DNA from: Hydrurus foetidus | Taxonomy: Eukaryota | DNA length: 58,449 nucleotides | Direction of reading: 5' to 3' | NCBI GenBank assembly: GCA_900617105.1 | Contig: UYFQ01000820.1 | Location: forward strand, 1-58,449 | In this document: positions 46,172 through 58,449 of the stretch, in pieces | Layout: every line of letters begins with the position of its first letter | Numbering within the stretch: position 1 is the stretch's first letter | The notes under the pieces: model-generated | What the model was told of the DNA's origin: nothing | Seen by the model: only the letters and a program-made list of their open reading frames with translations | Databases searched by the model: none | Made by a program: the position numbers and the translations under genes

Positions 46172-47806
46172 GTTACGTACAGTTGAAAGGAGTAGAAGAG
46201 TATGAGAGATGGGGGAGCATGGAAGAACGAGAGATGTGTGTAGTCCGTGAGTAAGTGCTTTAGTATGCAACTTATGTATTGCTTTCAAATGATCATCTCA
46301 CGCCTACATAGAGGAAGAGAACACTGCTAATTATCAAATAGACAAATTAGCGGGACTATACCAAACGAGTATACGGAGGTAGTGAAAGAGGTAGAGGCGG
46401 AGAAATAGGGTGTGTTAGAGAATGGGATGTCGGAAAAGTGGTCGGGAGGGATGGGAGTGTATAGGAGGACTTAATGAGTATCAGAATCTATGTAATGTTA
46501 AGCACTAGAGGGAGGGTGACAAATTAGCGCGCCTAGCCAATCATTTGAACAAAGCGGTCCATTATGGTCCATCACATTTTCCAATCTTATCTCGATGCTG
46601 CGGTCTCTATTGGCATTCATGTGCCTTGACAGCAAGCCCTTCTATTCCTAGTGGAAGCATTGAATTGGGCTGTTGAGAGGATTCCGTGTAACAATTTATT
46701 CGCTACATTTCTCATACTGTATCACACCTTACACTCACTAGAATTATTTCAATTCGTATTATGTCATTTCATACCACTCTATTCATCATCTTCTTTCTAC
46801 CATTTACGAGGACATAGAGGAAGAAAATCTCACGGTAGAACGTCCACCACACGGTATCATCCGGTTAAATTCAGCAGCTTCCCTTAAAAATTGCCCTCTA
46901 TCACATTATAGCTTACGTCGTGCACCATCGACATTTTCAATTTTTCTGCATCTTGATTTCGTTGTGTTCGAGAACCTTCAGAGGAAATAGTTAATGAGAA
47001 AAAGCTAAATTGGAAGATCACTGTTAATTGAGAGAGTGATGATTTCTAATGACACGTACGTTCAAAATCACAAAAAACTGAAAACCTCACAACTTGCAGC
47101 TTATGGCTCTTGTAAAATGGCCTCTGATAATGTTCACTTTTTACGTAGTGATGAGATCAGAACGACTTTATAGTCTGTATACTCCTTTCTCCTTTCAGTA
47201 GATAGGCTTCGTTAATGTACCCATCGTAGCGAATCTGCTTGACTTCAACGCGCTACCCTCTGTTGGACCGGACTTGGGCTGAGATTCCAGATTCCTGATT
47301 TCTTGACACAGAAATGCGATTGTTGAACTCTCTCTCGACTCCCTCACCGCTAGAGTCACCCAGGCTTACTATTACCATCCGACACAGCATAATGTCAAGT
47401 TTGTTAAACATCCGCTGCTCAGCATGATTCGACGATTTCGAGTGGAATAGCAGTTCTGCGACCACTTCCCGCAACAATCGATGATATTTAAAAGCGATTG
47501 GTCAGACTACGAATTGGGACTACTGTTGAAGCGACATCATGTCTCTTCTGCGGTACTGATACCACGCGAAGACTGATTCAAAGACGCAATTCGAAAGCTG
47601 CTGGGATTTGCACCAGAAAATTAACGGATGACATGAAATTGAATAACGGCTCATGAATGATGGGTCAATTTTAATTTCGAAGTGTCGCGCTGTTTTATTT
47701 CATGGGAATGAGTGTATTGTGAATCGACTCAGCTACTGTAGCGATTACGGCAATTGAGTACAATTCAATCTAAAAGCATCTACTCGCAACACCGACCGCT
47801 AAAGCA

Positions 47807-48499
47807 ATGTCTCAATATCTTTTTATCAGTGCTGTTGTGGCTCTCATCTTCGTTCAGCTCGTGCAAGCTCAGCTGCCTATCCCTCTTCCTCCTCTCCCTG
47901 TCGATCTACCAGCAATTCCAGCATTACCACTCCTGCCTGTTGTAGCAGCTCCAACTATTTGCCCAGGTGGCTTCTTCGCAGACTTACTACTCTGCTATCC
48001 TTGCCCACCGGGAACAACATCAGCATTGGGTTCCACCGCATGCACTGCATGCAATCCAGGATTCTACGCTCCCGGCCCTGGATCAAGCTTCTGCATGCCT
48101 TGCAATGAAGGCACCCACTCATCACCAGCAGCGGACACTTGCCACTGTGGGCCAAAGCCTAAAGGACTTTCGAAAGGCAAAGGTGGCCCAGTTGGAGCTG
48201 GCGGCGGCATCCTTGGCGGTATCCTTCCCGGAACTGGAGGCGTACTAGGCGGAGTGACCGGAGCTGGTGGCTTACTAGGCGGTGTCACTGGAACTGGAGG
48301 TGTGCTTAATGGTGTGACAGGAACTGCCAGCGTGATCGCAGGTGTGACCAACACTGCCAACGTGTTGAACGGTGTAGCCGTAACTGGTCCAGTCGCCGGC
48401 AGCCCTATTCTTGGTGGCCTGCCAGTGCCAGCCGTACCAGCAGTCCCAGCAAGTGGGAAAGGCAAAGTCAAGGCCGTCAAGGGCAAAGGAAAGGAGTAA
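47807..48499 (+). CDS. Intronless putative secreted protein (230 aa): signal peptide, Pro-rich segment, Cys-rich repeats, Gly-rich repeats, Lys-rich tail
   Basis: Hydrophobic N-terminus ending VQA; CxxCPPG / CxxCNPG / CxxCNEG repeats; GVLGGVTGAG-type decamers; KGKVKAVKGKGKE end. Confidence 0.8.
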   Translation: MSQYLFISAVVALIFVQLVQAQLPIPLPPLPVDLPAIPALPLLPVVAAPTICPGGFFADLLLCYPCPPGTTSALGSTACTACNPGFYAPGPGSSFCMPCNEGTHSSPAADTCHCGPKPKGLSKGKGGPVGAGGGILGGILPGTGGVLGGVTGAGGLLGGVTGTGGVLNGVTGTASVIAGVTNTANVLNGVAVTGPVAGSPILGGLPVPAVPAVPASGKGKVKAVKGKGKE

Positions 48500-49334
48500 A
48501 TTCGTTTCACTGATTTCATCAAGTGCATAAGTAAATTGAGTGCAATCTGTCAGCCCTGCTATCTTTTGAAGATAGTCCTGATTTTCCGGCAATATTTAAT
48601 CGTTCGTTTTCTTTCACTCTGAATTTAAATTTAAATTTGTAATGTGGCAGCAAAATCTTTGACCTTTGCATGGATGCGTCATCAGCACCGCGTCAGCAAT
48701 GGAACCTTTTACTGTGGAGGATGCCTTTACCCACGGATGATCCAACCCTTTTCAGCACATAAAATTGCCAGGAGAAGTATTGCGATTCAGGACACTAGTT
48801 ACCTTCCGATATAAGCACGCTTTAGGATGGACCATAATGTTTGAATACAAGTTTATTACATTGGACTTGCACAATATTGATAGTGAGACAGGAATCTCAT
48901 GTGGCACATTGATTGGGGCAAAGACACCGACTCGAATTTTTTAATCAATTGAATTTTTAATCCCAATGTAGATGATGCTAAATGATCATTAACATATATT
49001 AGGTTCAGTAATCGGAAATTGAGAGGAGAATATATATTATTATACATCGTATATTATATATCAACCATCTCAAATTCGGTATTATTATCTTACTAATTAG
49101 TTCAAGTTTTGCAACTGGTCGATAAGAAGCTCGGTAATGAAGTGAGAAAGATGTTTTCCGAAGCTTCCTTCAAACTGAGAACTCAACTTCATGGCTACAG
49201 AAGGGGAAGTACTCCCACCAGTACTGTCGATAAGCTCTTGATGAAGTGCACTGGATAATTGCCGAACGGCTTCTTTTGGGACTTCTATTGCTCTGCTTTC
49301 AGTGATTGCTTCAGTGAGAAGCGCTCCTAGCATC

Positions 49335-53895
<4,561 letters not shown>

Positions 53896-55022
53896 AATTC
53901 AGGACAGATTCCTTGAAATTTCTGGGTAGATTATTCTTGGAATCTCCGGATAATCTTGTAGCAGAAATTCCGGATAGATTACCCCCCAAGAATCCGTATA
54001 AATTTGCTTTTTTATAATTCACTTAGTTTTGTACATTTGAACATTTTTTTTTGTGCTATGTCTACATGACTGTATCAATTTCATTAGATGTATAATAAAC
54101 AAACTAGAGCGCTGCATGTTCTCATTTGTTTTCAAATAAAGAATGAAGCCTATTCAATTGGCACTTAGACTATTCCTTGGCTACTCTTATCGGGTCATCG
54201 CTCAATTGACAATATTGCAGTTCTCGATTGAGTGTTAGATTGAAAGTCGAGAAGTGAAAGTGGTAAAGTGAGAGTTGGGAACTGAAAAGCCCAGAGTTAG
54301 TGTTAACCGATCATCGCACCCTGATATAATCTCCTCTTTGTTAATGTATCAAGAATGTGTTCTCTATCGCTAGTACGTACGTATTCGCATAATTAGAGCA
54401 TGTAATACATTAAGGCATGAGAGAAATATATCACACATAACTTTTACAAATGGAAAATCTAAATTGAGCACAGTTGTTGTTATGAAATAGAACAAAATTG
54501 GAGGAAAAGGAATTCACTTTATTTTTCCTCTCACATCGTAACAGATTAGATTAAGACGTGGATTAGACCGGTAGTTTTTGATTCCCTGAGATTTCGATAG
54601 GCATATCAGACATGAGGCAGCGAGCCAGAAGATGATGGTCACTCGGCGGCATTGTGATGACGGTGCATATCTCTCTGTGCATCAGAGATTTGAATTAGAT
54701 GAGTTATATGAAAGATTTTCCACGTGTCCTAAATACAGAGTCCACATGTAAATTGAGCAGAAGACCGGAAGACCTACGGTACCCTACTTCTAAAAAAACT
54801 AAAGCTTTCTCCCCGTGTACGGTGTTCTTAATCCGGATAAAAAGTGTGCGTGGTGCTCTTTAACCGGATAAAAAGTTCTGTGGACAACCACCATCCGGCT
54901 TGTGCAGCTCGAGGGATGATCAAGATGATCATCTCCAATGGAAGTGGTAAGACTTCCAGCTAGCAGTGTCGGTACCAAGCAATTATTGAAATGTCGATTA
55001 CGCCTCGTGTGACTCGTTGAAG

Positions 55023-58000
55023 ATGAGGGTCAAGAAATCACTTCTCGTATCCGTGCGGTCATCAGCTTGCTTGCAGCTGCATCATCATTTACGTAATGGA
55101 GGTGCATCATTGTCGACAGCGGCGAATTCAGCAACATCATCTGGCGTTAACCCAGGCTCTGACAATAGCGCAGCCGCTTCGAGTAACAACTCATTGAATC
55201 ACAATAGCAATCCTCTTGATACTCAATCAGAGGTAGCATCAAAGGCAGTTAAAGGCGAGCATTTCAAGAAACCATACTCAGTGAAAATAAATCCCGGAGA
55301 ACAGAATAGAACGAAGTACATTTCGCCTAATTATCAAGGACGGAGGAATCCCATCCAGTATGATGCGAAGAAATCAACGGTGCCATTCGTTAAGCCAGTG
55401 CTGACCGTTGAGGATACAGCCGCCATGATAAATGCAGCGAAAAAGGCGATAATAGAAGGTTTCAGAGATGGGGATCCTACCATCGTCATAGAGGCATACA
55501 TCAAAGTCAGGTACATCAGAGCTGAGTTTTTAGGATTGCAGACTTTTACGTCATCCAATTATCCATTTTGCCGCACATGCGCTCGCAAACTCTATTGTGA
55601 GAACTCTTTTCATCATGCAATCAGTGATACGCAGAAAAGTACTTCGATTTGTACGAAACAGTCTCCTGAATACACGAATAAGAAGACTACGATCAGTTTC
55701 GCTCTGACGCTGTAAACTGCTCTCTTATTTCTTTGAATGGACTTCGAATTCAAATGTGTTTCTCTGCAGAATACTGATAATAAGTAGTAGCGCATTTCTG
55801 CATACTTGCCGTGCTGTATAGCAATTCCATCATGAACAAAGTGGTCCCACAAAACGCAAAAATTTGAAATGCGATTACACGCCTTTTCATTTCGTGCTGT
55901 AATGTGATGTGGACTGCCATACAGCGCTGTATGTTGTGTTGTACTGTACTGCCCTGTCCTGTACTGCATTATGTCGACTTCAATAACTACATCTTGCCAT
56001 ACTGCTGTGTTTCTCTGTACAATATAACTGCCCTATACATAGCATCGCTACTGTGGTGTTGCGAGGTACATTGTGGTGTGCTGTGATGTAGTGCTGCGCA
56101 TACACATTGGTGTTTTAATGCGAAATCTCATATGCTATAAACACTTTATAGTGCGTCGAAATTAACGGTATGGACTGGTGTGTGATAGTCTAATGTTATT
56201 CAAGGCTGTTGGTCCAATTTTTTGTGATGGAATGCGATGCGGTGTGATGCAGTGTGATGTTATTTGACGTTTAGTTGTGTGGTATGATGTGCTAAAGTGC
56301 GATGTGATGTGGTGTGGTGAGGTATTACACGATGTGAAATGATGTGGTATGGTGTGGTGTGGTATAATTGAAGATAGTGTGGTGTAGTGCAGTGTAGTGT
56401 AGTGTAGCCCTGTGCACGGTGCTGTCAGCTGACATAACGTACTAAATTGTTCTTTTTCTCCGTGCGATTTCATTTTCGAAGTGGGGCACCTTTCACTTTC
56501 ATTTTGTTTGATATTATTTCACCTCTTCCAATTAGCACCGTTAGCTCACAAATTCCATTTTTTATTTCGTTTTTGCATTTTGTAGGAAATTTGACCCAGC
56601 GTTTGAAATGAGAGAATACATTGGTGTGCTGTGGGCATCTACTGAGGTGTGTCAATTTCATTATTACATCAAAATGCTATCCTGCTTTCTCTTTCTTTTC
56701 TCTTTCTGTCATCTGTTTTCTTTCCTATGTTTTCTTTCCTATGTTTTTTACATGCCTTTTTCACTATATACTGCACCTGCTGTTAAGAAGACAGTACTGT
56801 TCTCATTTTGACTGTATGTTTCTACGAATCGTAGACTTGCATACTGCCAGTAATATTTCCATCACTTATGTTCTCTAACAGCTCCTCTCCTCCACTTCCT
56901 CTCCTCAAACCCTCTCCTTTTTTTCCACCACATCTTCTAATCAAAATCCAATTTTCTCTCATAATTTTTTTTCTCAGATCGTATCGGACAACAATTCACT
57001 CGCATACGAAGTCCATTCAAAACTAAAGAAGAAGAATATACTAATTCCAGACGCTTTAATGCATGTAAGAATAAATCTCTTGACTGTTTTTGGCAAATAA
57101 TGAATTGCACTTGCATAGCTTCATTTTATTTCTTTTGATTTTATTTAATTTAATTTAATTTTATCTCTCTTCTCTCATCAATCTCGTCTTGCTTAACAAC
57201 CAATACACTCGACTTCAACTTCAACTCATACTATTTTACTATTCTTTCACGATGTGACACTGCTTCTATCTTTCTCAGCCCTGGTATCACATCATCTCGC
57301 AACTCCTCCCTTCTCCCCATCACATTCGAGCACAGTCCTTACGTTCCATCTCCTTTCATCACATCACATCACATCCCTATTACTACCCTCTCCCTCACAT
57401 CTCCTCTTGGCACCTTTCCTCACACTCCTCTCATCACGTCTTATCACATCACATCTCCTCATCTCAACCAACATATCAGGTGATGCAAGTGTGTGCGGTG
57501 CGTGGAGACGGAGCGAAAGCACTTGAAGTGGCCAAGGACCACCGACTGCTCAACGTTAGTTAATCCCTCTCTGCTCTTCTGCTCTGCTCTATTTGATTTG
57601 GTTCTGTTCTGTTCTCTTCTCCTCAACTCAGCTTTGCTTTTACCGTATTCTGCTCTGCTCATTTAGCTATGTTTCCAGTATGTCATGTTCTATCCGGTTC
57701 GGCCATATTTGGCCTATTCAATGTTTCCATCTTTGTCGCTGTGGGAATGTGATTCTCAACATTCTGTACAGCGTAGATGTTATGTCATTTCATATGATAT
57801 CACGCTCTGCAACTCCTTTCCTTCCCGCGCTGCTCCTCCGCTACACTCCCTTACTGCTTCACTTTCTTCATCCTCAGCACTACTTCACTGATCCCCCCTC
57901 CTCTTCTCTTCTTTTCTCTTTCATTATTAACTTTTCTCTCTTCACACCCCTGTTTCTTTCTCTCTCCTCATTTCCTTCTCTCTCCTTCTTTGTTCTCCAA

Positions 58001-58449
58001 ATTCCTCAATCCCTTTTCTTATCTCTTTTCCTATCCCTATTCCATTTTCTGCTCCTATATTTCTCATTTTATCTCTATTCTTTCTTTCTTTCTTTTTCTT
58101 CCTCTAACCTCCACTAACTTCCTCCCTTTTTTCCTCTTTTCTTCTTCCCTGTTCCTATGCAGTGTGGTCCATTTCCTGAGGCTTTTCTCGGATACACTGT
58201 GAGAGCTATCGCATACAGTCTGTATGGATTCGATAAAGGTGAAGAAAGAATTACATCATCTGGTGTCATATTATGTCATTCTATGTGATGTCGTGCCGCA
58301 TCATACTACTGATCAAATCAATGACACTGTCCCACCTCTTCTAATCTCACCCCGTATCGCGCACATTTCACAAGCTGCCTTCTCGAAATTATCGTCGACA
58401 AATTTACTTTCACTTCCTCATTATTGCAGTATTTCCCCCCCTCCAAATT
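55023..58449 (+). CDS. Unidentified multi-exon gene, 5' part; possibly an organelle-targeted helical-repeat protein
   Basis: Long first exon with a basic/Ser-rich N-terminus; later AG/GT-bounded segments at about 56587-56647, 56978-57064, 57480-57555 and 58162-58238 give sensible peptides; no recognisable family motif. Confidence 0.45.

Overview
Eukaryotic, intron-rich genomic DNA; the gene and retroelement types suggest a stramenopile-like protist (inference). Bases 1-15551 are a triple nest of very young LTR retrotransposons. A Ty1/copia element (Copia-1, minus strand, runs off the left edge) has its 5' LTR interrupted by a second copia element (Copia-2, 2401-15517, TSD GTAAC). The RNase H end of Copia-2 is interrupted by a chromodomain Ty3/gypsy element (2888-10390, TSD CCAC). 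Both copia elements lack a tRNA-type PBS; instead the PBS position is perfectly complementary to a motif inside their own LTR, the Tf1-like self-priming geometry. Copia-1 joins gag and pol by a UGA-CAG-UUA leaky-stop signal and the gypsy by a single in-frame UAG. The gypsy also has an IFDN RT active site instead of YxDD, a CCCH finger in Gag, an antisense ORF resembling a papain-like cysteine protease, and a tRNA-like Pol III cassette before its PPT. The rest of the window holds host genes: an FkbM-family methyltransferase; two tandem BTB-TLDc-TLDc-BTB genes, the second fused in frame to a duplicated JMJD6 5' end; JMJD6, with a ~7.8 kb satellite in intron 2; a secreted Cys/Gly/Lys-rich protein; a divergent ADP/ATP carrier; and the 5' part of an unidentified gene. 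Exon boundaries were read by eye and no searches were run.
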